A stretch of DNA of 40,002 nucleotides. Source: Victivallales bacterium (GTDB lineage Bacteria; Verrucomicrobiota; Lentisphaeria; Victivallales; GWF2-50-93). Below the pieces are notes generated by a model that worked only from the letters and a program-made list of their open reading frames with translations, had not been told where the DNA came from and ran no database searches. Position 1 is the first letter of the stretch; the number at the start of each line of letters is the position of its first letter. Of the stretch, positions 25,444 to 33,823 are shown piece by piece. The stretch covers positions 1 through 40,002 of the forward strand of contig JBAYFV010000001.1 of assembly GCA_041666985.1 (NCBI GenBank), given 5' to 3'. Position numbers and translations under genes: made by a program.

Positions 25444-26619
25444 TTATCTTTTCCTGCCATGCTCACGGTAATGGGCGAGTCCTTCAATAAGCGCTTTTAT
25501 GTTTTCCATCGGCATCCCCGGCGCTATGGAACTGGAGCAGCCGAGCATAAGCCCGACCTTCGGGCCTTTCTCGACAAGCCAGTCGATCTGGCGTTTGACA
25601 TCCGCAGGCTTGCCGAGGGGGAGTGTGGTGGTTACCGAGACTCCGCCGATGATAAACAGGTTGTCTCCGGCACGTGTCTTCATCTTGCATATTTTCTCAT
25701 AGTCCATGCCGTCTTCATATTGGAATCCCTGGAAGCCGCCGATACCGCATTCCAAGAGACGTGGCACCATCTGCATAAGGTTGCCGTCGCAGTGCCAGAT
25801 TAGACGTATGCCGGCATCAAGAAAAGGCTGGATCGAGCGGGCGAATTGCGGGAACCAGAGTCCATCAAGCGTCTTTACGTCAACCAGCGTGCCACGTGAA
25901 TCGGCCATGTCGTGGTCGAGGCGGATTAGCCTCGGCAGGCCGCCTTTTATGATGGCGCGTGCTGCGATGCGGTTAAACGCCAAGGAGGCGTCGGCATAAA
26001 TCTTGAAGCCGCATTCGATGACATCCGGGTAGAGCGCGTATGCCATAAAGTAGTTTGCGTAGCCGTAGTGACTGTAGAGAAAACCGGGGAAGGTGAAGAA
26101 ACCGCTATAGGGCCCCTTGAGCATGTTCATGCCGAAGAGCTGCTGCACTTCGACTTCGGCGGCGATGCGCTTGCGAACTTCTTCATCGGCGTTGGATTCG
26201 AGATCACAACGCCACTGCTTCCATTTCGGAAAGAGGAATTTCTCCATGTGCTCAACGGCGGCCTCCGGCGAATCGATTACAATCCCGTCGCGGATGATTT
26301 CCTCTGCACCGGTGGTGGCTCCGCGCTGGGTATTGTCGCCATAACCCTGGTCTTTCATGGTCAAAGGGTTCTCGGCCAGCCACTGGTCGATAAAGCAGAC
26401 TCCCGATTTAATTGAGAATTCGCGGTAGACCCGGATCGGATCTCTTTCATAGCTGCCCGGCGGATTGCCGGAAAGATCATCCAGATGCGACCATTGCATG
26501 TCGTTCAGAAGCCATGTCGGGATCCCTCTGGTCGGGCGCATGTCAATGGTGTCTAGCGCCAAACGTGCATTGGCCTGCCACTTGTCTTCTAATGCGTTAA
26601 ATCCGATTGAGCTGCTCAT
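25444..26619 (-). CDS. Uroporphyrinogen-decarboxylase (URO-D)-fold family protein, function unknown
   Basis: 'IRLIWHCDGNLMQMVPRLLECGIGGFQGFQ..NLFIIGGVS' resembles URO-D/MtaA-like TIM barrels. The ATG at 26619 is preceded by GAGGAA, and the ORF-track start at 26640 is a TTG. Confidence 0.55.
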   Translation of the reverse strand: MSSSIGFNALEDKWQANARLALDTIDMRPTRGIPTWLLNDMQWSHLDDLSGNPPGSYERDPIRVYREFSIKSGVCFIDQWLAENPLTMKDQGYGDNTQRGATTGAEEIIRDGIVIDSPEAAVEHMEKFLFPKWKQWRCDLESNADEEVRKRIAAEVEVQQLFGMNMLKGPYSGFFTFPGFLYSHYGYANYFMAYALYPDVIECGFKIYADASLAFNRIAARAIIKGGLPRLIRLDHDMADSRGTLVDVKTLDGLWFPQFARSIQPFLDAGIRLIWHCDGNLMQMVPRLLECGIGGFQGFQYEDGMDYEKICKMKTRAGDNLFIIGGVSVTTTLPLGKPADVKRQIDWLVEKGPKVGLMLGCSSSIAPGMPMENIKALIEGLAHYREHGRKR

Positions 26620-26650
26620 TTTGTTTTCCTCGTCTTTCAATAATTTTAAA

Positions 26651-26675
26651 TTTATCGTATAGGAATTTGTATTTT
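26651..26675 (-). promoter_or_regulatory. Conserved 25-nt upstream motif, copy 2
   Basis: TTTATCGTATAGGAATTTGTATTTT lies 31 nt upstream of the ATG at 26619 and is 23/25 identical to 20966-20990. A 6-bp-stem hairpin (CACAAG..CTTGTG) lies distal to it. Confidence 0.4.
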
Positions 26676-26774
26676 AGAAAGCCCACAAGGCGGAGGCTTG
26701 TGCTGCTTCAATTTTTTTTACGACTCCTAATTTGTCTCGATGGCGCATTTTCCCGTCCGGAAACTTGCAATTGA

Positions 26775-28328
26775 CTATTTCTTGTCCGGCAGAAGGGGCG
26801 ACCTCTTGAACTTCCTGCGGAGCGAGGCCACGTCCTTCTTGAGTGCGGGAAGGAAGCCGGTGTCCAGCACCTTCTTCTCTTCTCCCACTTCCAGCATTTC
26901 AGAAAGCACCCGTGCGCCATCCGACTTCGGATACGCATTCACAATCGCCCGCGCATCCTTGTAGGCCGCCACAAGCTTGTCATAGCTGTCCAGCAGCTTA
27001 ACGGCTACCGGCAGGAATTTTTCCGGCGTCGTAATGGCCGATTGCACCTTCTTCCAGTCCGCATAGGCGCGGTAGGCGGGTGCGTATAAAATCATGTCTT
27101 TCATGGTGGTGCTGAAATTGGCCGCCTTCCCGTTGAGCTTGGCGCCGCCGAAAACGCCGCGCTTGACATCGTATCGCTCCAATTGCCAGTCGTCGGAACG
27201 GTAGCGGTCGCGATCGGCCTTTTTGCGGAAATCCGGCACTTCCATTGGTTTCCCCCCTTCCAGGGAGCTGCGCAGCGCCTGGATGCCGGGAATGGTGACA
27301 TCGCAGCCGCCGTAGATGTCGAAAGGTCCCTTTTCGCCGGTGAATATCTCGCGGGCGAAGTAGTAAAGCGTCCAAAAGTCTCCGCCTCCGTGTCCGGTGC
27401 CGGCCGCCAATTCGCCCAGTCCTTCCCATTGCGGGTTTATCTGCATCATGGGTGACTGGCCCGAACCGCCAAGGCGCAGCTTCACTCCGTCATGGCCGAT
27501 CTCATATGCGCCAAGCGTCCCCCAGATGCGCTGGTTGTGGCTGTCATTGGTGGCGGCTCCCATGAGATTGCGGACTACGCCGCCATTGCTCATGCTGATG
27601 AGTGACGGGGTCATGCTGCCGTTGCCTTCGCCGTTCCTGCCCAGGTATCCGGCAATCTGCTGCCGGACGGGGAATGTCTCCACCATCGTCGGACGTGAAC
27701 CGGTGATGACCATGACCGGACCGAGCGAGTGGGTGCAGTAATAGTGGAAGTTGAACCAGCTCCGCCAATTGTGGACAGTGTGTCCTGGTTTGACCGGAAT
27801 GCCGTCTATGTAGGTGTAGCAGAGGCTGCGGCATTCGTGGACATATTCGTATTCGGCATACATGAGTTCGCCGAACAAACCTTCACGCCAGCGGTTTGCC
27901 AGCCACATGTTGGCGGCGGTGAAGGGATAGTTTTCGGCGAGATTATAAACAAGCTTCCGTTTCTGAACCTCTTCAACCAATTTCACGCCTTCGGCCATTG
28001 TGAAGAAAGACGTCACTTCCGAAAGTACGTGTTTGCCTGCCTGGAGGCACTTGATGGTGTCGCCGGCGTGGGAGGGGCAGAATGTGGCGAGCAGTACGGC
28101 ATCGAAGTCCTGCTTCAGGAACTCGTCCGCGTCCGCCGTGACGAAGGCGCCGGGGTTTGCCTTCAGAAAATTTTCGCGCATGTGCTGGTTGTAGTCGCAG
28201 CCGGCGACCACGTCTATGTTGAGGAACTTGCAGGTGTTGTAGAAGCTCATTCCGCGTCCAAGGCCCCATATGCCGAGCCGGATGCGCTTGTCGGTGTCGA
28301 AAACTTTTAATTTCTTCTCTTTTTTCAT
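26775..28328 (-). CDS. Gfo/Idh/MocA-family oxidoreductase (GH109-like signature) with a C-terminal extension of about 150 aa
   Basis: 'IRLGIWGLGRG' and 'GTGHGGGDFWTLYYF..PMEVPDFRK'. A helical tail without recognisable motifs follows. Confidence 0.8.
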   Translation of the reverse strand: MKKEKKLKVFDTDKRIRLGIWGLGRGMSFYNTCKFLNIDVVAGCDYNQHMRENFLKANPGAFVTADADEFLKQDFDAVLLATFCPSHAGDTIKCLQAGKHVLSEVTSFFTMAEGVKLVEEVQKRKLVYNLAENYPFTAANMWLANRWREGLFGELMYAEYEYVHECRSLCYTYIDGIPVKPGHTVHNWRSWFNFHYYCTHSLGPVMVITGSRPTMVETFPVRQQIAGYLGRNGEGNGSMTPSLISMSNGGVVRNLMGAATNDSHNQRIWGTLGAYEIGHDGVKLRLGGSGQSPMMQINPQWEGLGELAAGTGHGGGDFWTLYYFAREIFTGEKGPFDIYGGCDVTIPGIQALRSSLEGGKPMEVPDFRKKADRDRYRSDDWQLERYDVKRGVFGGAKLNGKAANFSTTMKDMILYAPAYRAYADWKKVQSAITTPEKFLPVAVKLLDSYDKLVAAYKDARAIVNAYPKSDGARVLSEMLEVGEEKKVLDTGFLPALKKDVASLRRKFKRSPLLPDKK

Positions 28329-28382
28329 GTGTCAGCTCCTTGCCATTAAGATTGATAAAACTGAGATCTTCCCAGTTAGCCG

Positions 28383-29165
28383 CTAAACTTCAGCACTTCT
28401 TATCCTTATTCCCTTCTTCTCAAAAGATTTCCTTGTCCTCTTGTCAAGATTGCCGTCGGTGATGATTTCCTCCACGCTGCCGATGTCCGCATAGGTCACG
28501 AAAGACTTCCTGTTGAATTTCTCCGAATCGGCAAGGACGAAAGTCAGGTTTGAATTGCTTATCGCGATTCTGCAGATTTCCGCAGTCTTCTCATCCGAAG
28601 TCATGAAGCCCTTCTCCAGGTTTATCGCATCTGCGCCGAGGAAGACCTTGTTGAAATGATACTGTGAGAGATTTTTTTCGGCGACGCCTCCGCAGACATC
28701 CCTGCGTTCCGTGCGGATTTCACCGCCTGTCAGGATGACCTTGCAGCAGGTGGACAGCGTTTCGATATAGGAAAGGGAATTGGTGACAACTGATACGCCT
28801 TTGAGTTCACCGGCCTGGATTTTCCTGGAGAGGGCTTCGGCGAATCTCAGGATTGTGGTGCCGGAGTCAAGAAACAATATGTCTCCGTTGCCGACTATTT
28901 CCGCCGCCGCTTCGCCGATTGCCGATTTCTGCTCTTTCCTGCGGGACGCCAGGATCCTGAAGGAATAGTCATATCCAAGTTCGGGAGCCAGCCTGACGCC
29001 GCCGTGTATCCTTATCACTTTCCCCTCGTTTTCAAGCAGGGTGAAAAGCCTGCGTGCGGTGGCCTCTGATATTTTCAAAGCGCTTACGACACTTGCGATG
29101 TCCAGCTTTTCAGCGCTTTTGAGCAGACCAATCAGCTTCTCCGTCCTTTTTTCAAGCTTGCCCAT
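28383..29165 (-). CDS. DeoR/GlpR-family transcriptional regulator
   Basis: HTH 'ISEATARRLFTLLENEGKVIRIHGG' followed by a DeoR C-terminal sensor domain ('LFLDSGTT', 'VFLGADAI'). Confidence 0.9.
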   Translation of the reverse strand: MGKLEKRTEKLIGLLKSAEKLDIASVVSALKISEATARRLFTLLENEGKVIRIHGGVRLAPELGYDYSFRILASRRKEQKSAIGEAAAEIVGNGDILFLDSGTTILRFAEALSRKIQAGELKGVSVVTNSLSYIETLSTCCKVILTGGEIRTERRDVCGGVAEKNLSQYHFNKVFLGADAINLEKGFMTSDEKTAEICRIAISNSNLTFVLADSEKFNRKSFVTYADIGSVEEIITDGNLDKRTRKSFEKKGIRIRSAEV

Positions 29166-29282
29166 CTGTTTCCATCCCTCAGTATAATCCTGTGTCAGAG
29201 CGCCATCGTGTTTTTCCCCTGGAGAATCGCTGTGCCAGCGTGTCAGGGAAAACTTTTACACCCTTTTTTTATCTTCAGAGCC

Positions 29283-29385
29283 AATTTCAAAATTGACGAA
29301 TTCAAGGTAGGGATGGCTCTCCGAGCCGTCCGTTCTGAGGCGGCGGTTTCGGAGAAACCGCCCTACCTTCGGCAATTTTGAAATT
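29283..29385. repeat. 103-bp REPIN-like palindrome: tail-to-tail REP doublet with outer 13-bp inverted flanks
   Basis: Unit H (29304-29336) is AAGGTAGG-GATGGCTC-TCC-GAGCCGTC-CGTTCT. The reverse complement of unit I (29337-29369) is AAGGTAGG-GCGGTTTC-TCC-GAAACCGC-CGCCTC. The outer inverted repeat is AATTTCAAAATTG (29283-29295) against CAATTTTGAAATT (29373-29385). Confidence 0.65.
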
Positions 29386-29410
29386 ACCTCTTCAACCTAA
29401 TTATATGCGG

Positions 29411-29437
29411 ATAAATTTCCTTGTCAAGGAAATTTAT
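29411..29437. promoter_or_regulatory. Perfect 27-bp palindrome, candidate operator in the divergent DeoR/operon promoter region
   Basis: ATAAATTTCCTTG-T-CAAGGAAATTTAT. It lies 22 nt upstream of a sigma70-like -35 and 77 nt upstream of the ATG at 29515. Confidence 0.45.
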
Positions 29438-29459
29438 GATTAAAAATGACAAAAAATGC

Positions 29460-29489
29460 TTGAATCAATCATAACAGGTGCAATAATAT
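29460..29489 (+). promoter_or_regulatory. Sigma70-like promoter candidate for the 29515-35208 operon
   Basis: TTGAAT, an 18-nt spacer, then TAATAT, ending 25 nt before the ATG at 29515. Confidence 0.3.
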
Positions 29490-29514
29490 AGTCTCAGAAA
29501 GGAAACAACATCCT

Positions 29515-30594
29515 ATGGAAAAGAAATTGGGAATTGGCGTGATCGGTCTTATGATGGGGTGCAATATGCTGCACGTCAATCGTCACCGGGGACGGTTTCG
29601 CTCAGAGGTCAGGGGCATCTGCGATATTCGCAAGGACAGGCTTGACCAGTATGGAGCCGAATTTTCCGTGCCGTATGCGACGAGTGACTGGCGCGAACTG
29701 ATTGAAAGGAAGGACATAGACATTGTCGGGATTTTCTCGCCGGATCATCTCCACATGGACATGATACGGATGGCGCTTGAAAGCGGCAAGCACGTCATCT
29801 GCACCAAGCCCATGGTTGTCAGTCTTGACGAGGCAAGGGAGACTGTCCGTCTCGTGCGCAGGCACAAGCGGAAATTCCTTGTCGGCCAGACGAGGCGTTT
29901 CGTGACACATCATCAGGAGGTCAAGAAATTCTACGACAGCGGGAAAATCGGGACTGCGATGATGGCCGAGGCCAGTTACGTCCATGGAGATATTTGGAAG
30001 GTGCTGGATCGCGGCGCCTGGCGCTACGAACACCCGCAGGACATTATCTACGGCGGCGCCTGCCACCCGATTGATCATCTGCGCTGGTATTTCGGCGATG
30101 TTGAAGAAGTCCACGCCTACGGCTGCACCAGCCCTGTAGATATGCGATATCCGCAGGACAAGGAGACTAACTTCTTCATCAACATGAAATTCAAAAGCGG
30201 ATTGATCGCCAGAGTGACGACCCTTTGCGGAATTCACGAACAGCCCGGCGGATCCTGCGGTGATGTCATGCCCATGGAAGGTGTCAGCATCTTCGGCACG
30301 CACGGCACCATCGTGAACTACCATGCCGCATATCGTGAAGGCGGAAGGCATGACGCTCCGCGCCAGGAAGTCCATTTTGCCAAAGACGATGTTGCGGAGG
30401 ATTTTGACGGCAAGGCTTATTCGGGGCATCTTATGTCGGTGCTCAAGTACGTGCAGGAGATGGAAGCGGCCGTATTCGACGGGAAACCGATTACAGTAAA
30501 TGAAATCGAGGGGGCGAAGTGCATTGCCGCCTGTTCCGCCTGCTGGGAATCAATTGAAAAGAAAAAGAGCGTAAGGGTGTTCAATGAATTCTGA
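29515..30594 (+). CDS. Gfo/Idh/MocA-family oxidoreductase
   Basis: 'LGIGVIGLMMG' Rossmann motif and 'HVICTKPMV' (EKP-like motif). Confidence 0.85.
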   Translation: MEKKLGIGVIGLMMGCNMLHVNRHRGRFRSEVRGICDIRKDRLDQYGAEFSVPYATSDWRELIERKDIDIVGIFSPDHLHMDMIRMALESGKHVICTKPMVVSLDEARETVRLVRRHKRKFLVGQTRRFVTHHQEVKKFYDSGKIGTAMMAEASYVHGDIWKVLDRGAWRYEHPQDIIYGGACHPIDHLRWYFGDVEEVHAYGCTSPVDMRYPQDKETNFFINMKFKSGLIARVTTLCGIHEQPGGSCGDVMPMEGVSIFGTHGTIVNYHAAYREGGRHDAPRQEVHFAKDDVAEDFDGKAYSGHLMSVLKYVQEMEAAVFDGKPITVNEIEGAKCIAACSACWESIEKKKSVRVFNEF

Positions 30595-31267
30595 ACGGTT
30601 TTTCACAGAAGCGTACAGGAATCTGACGGAGGAGGATAAGGAAGCCTTCTACAGGACAGTTTTTCTGAATACGGACACGGAGGCGGCTTCGACGCTGCGG
30701 CATGAATACTATGCGGGGCTGTTGCGCCATATGGGGAAGAATGTAAGGATAGGCTGCGGAGTGAAAATCCTGAATCCCCGGTATGTGACCCTCAGCGACA
30801 ACGTGTGCATTGAAGACCACTGCGCCCTCATGGCCCGCTCCGAACGCGGCATTACCCTGCAGGAAGGCGCGCGTTTGAAATACGGTGTCTATCTGGACAC
30901 TGAAAATGCAGAGGGATACATTGAAATCGGAAAGCGTGTTTACGTCGGGACAGGTTGCTGTCTTCACGGACACAGGGGGCTGGAGATTGGCGATGACGCC
31001 CTCCTTGCGCAGAACATCACAATCACCCCTTACTCCCATAAGTTCGACGATCCCGGCAAGACCATCTATTCGCAAGGCGGGTTCACGAAGAAGGTCATCA
31101 TCGGACGCGACTGCTATCTCGGCATGAACGTGTCCGTAGTTTATTCAGCCGACATAGGGGAAGGCTCCGTGGTCGGCGCCGGGTCGGTTGTGGTGAAGAC
31201 CATACCTCCTTATTCCGTGGCCGTCGGTGTGCCCGCAAAGATCATCCGCAAGCGCGGAGCCGCATGA
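30584..31267 (+). CDS. Hexapeptide-repeat (left-handed beta-helix) acyl/acetyltransferase
   Basis: Successive [LIV]-G-x4 repeats: 'IGKRVYVGTGCCLHG..LEIGDDALLAQNITI..VIIGRDCYLGMNVSVV..IGEGSVVGAGSVV'. C-terminal 'PPYSVAVGVPAKIIRKR'. Overlaps the upstream gene by 11 nt. Confidence 0.8.
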   Translation: MNSERFFTEAYRNLTEEDKEAFYRTVFLNTDTEAASTLRHEYYAGLLRHMGKNVRIGCGVKILNPRYVTLSDNVCIEDHCALMARSERGITLQEGARLKYGVYLDTENAEGYIEIGKRVYVGTGCCLHGHRGLEIGDDALLAQNITITPYSHKFDDPGKTIYSQGGFTKKVIIGRDCYLGMNVSVVYSADIGEGSVVGAGSVVVKTIPPYSVAVGVPAKIIRKRGAA

Positions 31268-31319
31268 TGCAGGGAAGAAAATTTTTCCGTTCCGGAAAAA
31301 TTAACAGGGGAAATGGATC

Positions 31320-32747
31320 ATGAAGGAATATCTCATAGGATTGGATATCGGCACAAGCTCGATAAAGGGCGTGGTCATTTCTTCGGCTGGTGAAATCATC
31401 TGCCAGGAGAAACAGCCTACTGGACTTTCATATCCCAAACCTCACCACATAGAGTTTTCCATAGGGGGACATTACCGGAAGATCCGCCTGCTGATCGGAA
31501 AGCTGGTTGCCGGGATTCCTTCGAAAAGCCCTGTGTCCGCCGTTGCAATATCAGGCGCAGGCGGAAGCACGGTTCTTCTCGACAGGGACGGCGAACCGCT
31601 TTTAAATGCGATATGCTGGATGGACGATCGGGCTTCGGCAGAAGGGGTTGAAGTCCTTGAAAAGATGGACACATCTGAAGTTCACAGGACCACAGGCTGG
31701 CCTTTTCTCAGATCCTTTCCGTTTGCGAATCTCGCATGGATACGGGAGAAGATGCCGGAAACCTACGGGAGAAAAGCCCGTTTCTGCACCGACCTGGACT
31801 ATGTTAACCACGGTCTTTCGGACATTTGGGCCATTGATTATTCCTCCGCCACCCCCACTTGCATGGTTGATCAGCGCGGATTGAAATGGAATAAGCCGTC
31901 TTTGGACATCATTGACATGCCGGGAAAATCATTGTCAACACTGATTCCCTCTGCTGCAGTCATCGGAGGAATATGTCGGGATGCGCGGGAGGACACCCGC
32001 CTTGACAGGAATACGAAATTAGTCTCCGGCGCTTTTGACCATCCGTCGGCGGCAATCGGGACAGGTGTGTTCAAGTCGGACAGCCTGCTGATATCAACCG
32101 GGACTTCCTGGGTCGGTTTTCATCCTGTCGGCGACAGGGAGGCCGCCATAGGCGAAGGAATGCTGCTGGATCCTTTCATGTCCCTGAAGGGAGGCGACTG
32201 GGGCTCCATTTTCTCGATTCCGAAAATAGGGGCCGAAATTGATTTCTGTGTCAACAGCATATTTGACGGTAAGAATTTATCAATGCAGGAGAAGTATGCG
32301 CTTTTCAGCAGGAAAGCCGGAGAGTCTCCGGTCGGTGCCGGTGGACTCTTTGTCGATTTGACATCGAGGACTTCATATGAGGGGGTGATGGGAAATGAAT
32401 TTTTCTGCAGGGCTGTCATGGAGAGCGCCGCTTATATGCTCCGAAACAAAATAGGGAAATTCACAAACGCAGATCACAGGCTCAACAGGATAGTCATGGC
32501 TGGCGGTCCGTCGCAAAGTCCGGTATGGACGCAGATTGTCGCCGATGTGACGGGGATTCCGTTGATTGTTGCGGGTGGGCAATGCGCCGGCGCACTCGGG
32601 GCCGCGGTGATGGCCGGAGTCGGGGCGGGAATATTCAGGAATGAAAAAGAGGGGTTCAATACTTTGAAGGTTGAATCGAAAACTGTTGAGCCATATGGTC
32701 GCAACAAGAAGATTTACGATGAATATCATGGTTTTTCATTTAAATAA
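31320..32747 (+). CDS. FGGY-family carbohydrate kinase (xylulokinase/glycerol-kinase-like)
   Basis: 'YLIGLDIGTSSIKGVVIS' is the phosphate-1 motif. 'MAGGPSQSPVWTQIVADVTGIPL' is the FGGY C-terminal signature. Confidence 0.85.
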   Translation: MKEYLIGLDIGTSSIKGVVISSAGEIICQEKQPTGLSYPKPHHIEFSIGGHYRKIRLLIGKLVAGIPSKSPVSAVAISGAGGSTVLLDRDGEPLLNAICWMDDRASAEGVEVLEKMDTSEVHRTTGWPFLRSFPFANLAWIREKMPETYGRKARFCTDLDYVNHGLSDIWAIDYSSATPTCMVDQRGLKWNKPSLDIIDMPGKSLSTLIPSAAVIGGICRDAREDTRLDRNTKLVSGAFDHPSAAIGTGVFKSDSLLISTGTSWVGFHPVGDREAAIGEGMLLDPFMSLKGGDWGSIFSIPKIGAEIDFCVNSIFDGKNLSMQEKYALFSRKAGESPVGAGGLFVDLTSRTSYEGVMGNEFFCRAVMESAAYMLRNKIGKFTNADHRLNRIVMAGGPSQSPVWTQIVADVTGIPLIVAGGQCAGALGAAVMAGVGAGIFRNEKEGFNTLKVESKTVEPYGRNKKIYDEYHGFSFK

Positions 32748-32782
32748 ATTTAAATGAAAAACAACCAGAAAAAGGTGTACAC

Positions 32783-33823
32783 ATGGAAAGATTATTTGAA
32801 TACAAGGACGTAGACAGGCGTTTCTATCTCGATGTCGTCAGGGATTTTCTTCCCGACAACATCATAGATGTGCATACGCATTTGTGGGCAAAGGAAAACA
32901 AGGGCAGGGAGCAGGTGGGCGCCGGAAGGAATGTCACCTGGCCCTCACGCGTAGCCGATGAATGTTCTCTCGGCGATCTTCAGGAGACATACAGAATCAT
33001 GTTTCCCGGCAAAAACGTGACACCTCTTGTTTTTGCAGGCCTTCCGGAAAGAAGTGAAGTGGATGCGTACAACCTGTTTGTTCAGGAATCGGTACGGGGG
33101 CAGAATATCCCGGCCCTGATATTTTCAGATCCGGCATGGAGTCCGGAAAAGCTGGAAACGGAAATCATCTCCGGCAAGTTTTGCGGGGCGAAGAGTTATC
33201 TCTCTCTGGCTCCGGACAGGATTCCTGCCGGTGAAATATGCATCTATGATTTTTTTCCGAGGGAGCATCTTAAGGTATTGAACAGGCACGGCCTGATTGT
33301 AATGCTCCATCTGCCGAGGAAAAAACGGCTGGCCGACCCTTTGAATATCAGCCAGCTGATGGAAATTGAGCGCGACTTCCCGGATATCAAACTCATTGTT
33401 GCGCATGTCGGCAGGGCGTACTGCAGGGGCGACATGGGGGACGCTTTCAAAACTTTGTCCGGGACGGAAAAAATGTTTTTCGATATTTCCGCAAACACAA
33501 ATGCACTGATCTTCGAAGAGCTGATTAAGGCCGTCGGCCCGAAACGCATCCTCTTCGGGAGCGACATGCCGATAAGCAGGATGAGGATGAGGAGGATCGA
33601 GAAGGGCGGAATCTATGTCAATATCGTTCCGAGGGGGTTGTACGGGGATCTTTCCGGCGATCCCAACATGATGGAAGTTGACGGCGGGGAGGCGGAGCGC
33701 CTTTCATTCTTCATATACGAGGAGATTGCCGCATTCAAAGTTGCCGCCGAAAAAACCGGATTGTCAAAAACGGACGTTGAAAATGTTTTTTACACTAACT
33801 CGAAAGGGATAACTGGAATATGA
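32783..33823 (+). CDS. Amidohydrolase-2 (PF04909-like) metal-dependent hydrolase/decarboxylase-family protein
   Basis: 'NIIDVHTHLW' is the metal-binding HxH strand. 'LIVAHVGRAY' and 'ILFGSDMP' are later TIM-barrel strands. Confidence 0.7.
   Translation: MERLFEYKDVDRRFYLDVVRDFLPDNIIDVHTHLWAKENKGREQVGAGRNVTWPSRVADECSLGDLQETYRIMFPGKNVTPLVFAGLPERSEVDAYNLFVQESVRGQNIPALIFSDPAWSPEKLETEIISGKFCGAKSYLSLAPDRIPAGEICIYDFFPREHLKVLNRHGLIVMLHLPRKKRLADPLNISQLMEIERDFPDIKLIVAHVGRAYCRGDMGDAFKTLSGTEKMFFDISANTNALIFEELIKAVGPKRILFGSDMPISRMRMRRIEKGGIYVNIVPRGLYGDLSGDPNMMEVDGGEAERLSFFIYEEIAAFKVAAEKTGLSKTDVENVFYTNSKGITGI

Noticed and set aside
26681-26719. Hairpin CACAAG-GCGGAGG-CTTGTG followed by a T8 run as a terminator
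   Set aside because: The T-run follows the hairpin only on the plus strand, while both neighbouring genes are on the minus strand. The stem is only 6 bp. It is noted only as context for the conserved upstream motif.
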